Source: a virus
Virus record (IMG/VR): IMGVR_UViG_3300033153_012010
Location: 4,088 to 68,087 of that record
Direction: 5' to 3' (one strand)
Length of the DNA: 64,000 bases
Shown: piece after piece, positions 63,854-64,000 of the stretch
Numbering within the stretch: position 1 is the first letter of the stretch
Layout of the letters: the number at the start of each line of letters is the position of its first letter
The notes under the pieces: model-generated
The model's database searches: none
The model's input: the letters and a program-made list of their open reading frames with translations, nothing else
Told to the model about the DNA's origin: nothing
Program-made: the position numbers and the translations under genes

Positions 63854-64000
63854 TAAAGATTATTATGAAGGTCATAATATGAATGACGAATACGGAGCAA
63901 GGAAAGATGTTTTAAATCTTCTCAATGAGTTTGAGGAGAACTTTCATAAGAGAATAAAAAAGTTTTTAGGACCAACGAACGTACAACAAGCTGGTGTAGA
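63846..64000 (+). CDS. Hypothetical protein, partial
   Basis: ATG overlapping the portal end; frame open to the window end (MINKDYYEGHNMNDEYGARK...). Confidence 0.55.
   Translation, partial: MINKDYYEGHNMNDEYGARKDVLNLLNEFEENFHKRIKKFLGPTNVQQAGV

Noticed and set aside
1-64000. Stop-codon reassignment as in some large phages
   Set aside because: Core genes are full length in the standard code, and TAA, TAG and TGA all end plausible genes.

Overview
The window is the virion-morphogenesis region of a large, AT-rich, T4-like contractile-tailed phage read in the standard genetic code. It carries prohead protease, scaffold, major capsid, neck, tail completion, tail sheath, tail tube, large terminase and portal genes, plus three repeat-built fibre-like proteins, three LamG-like proteins and a DUF285/BspA protein. 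Several TTTG-N19/20-TAnnTTTG promoters and A-rich starts without Shine-Dalgarno sites point to a Bacteroidota host. A TATTTAT(A/T) motif precedes about 20 late genes. Accessory genes include six glycosyltransferase-like ORFs, thioredoxin, PhoH, a vWA protein, an HD hydrolase, DUF4326, a SPOUT-like protein, a GIY-YIG endonuclease and a patatin. The most notable observations are: (1) an [S/T]-[G/A]-x-T motif concentrated in exterior virion proteins of unrelated folds and almost absent from internal proteins, suggesting a phage virion-glycosylation system; (2) a ~320-nt multi-pseudoknot ncRNA candidate with its own host-type promoter; (3) a neck-protein/portal-clip chimera inside the glycosyltransferase operon; (4) a promoter-driven, G-tract-containing non-coding locus that may be an R-loop origin; (5) two insertions that each duplicate a recoded end of the neighbouring gene. 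All assignments come from motif reading by eye; no searches were run.
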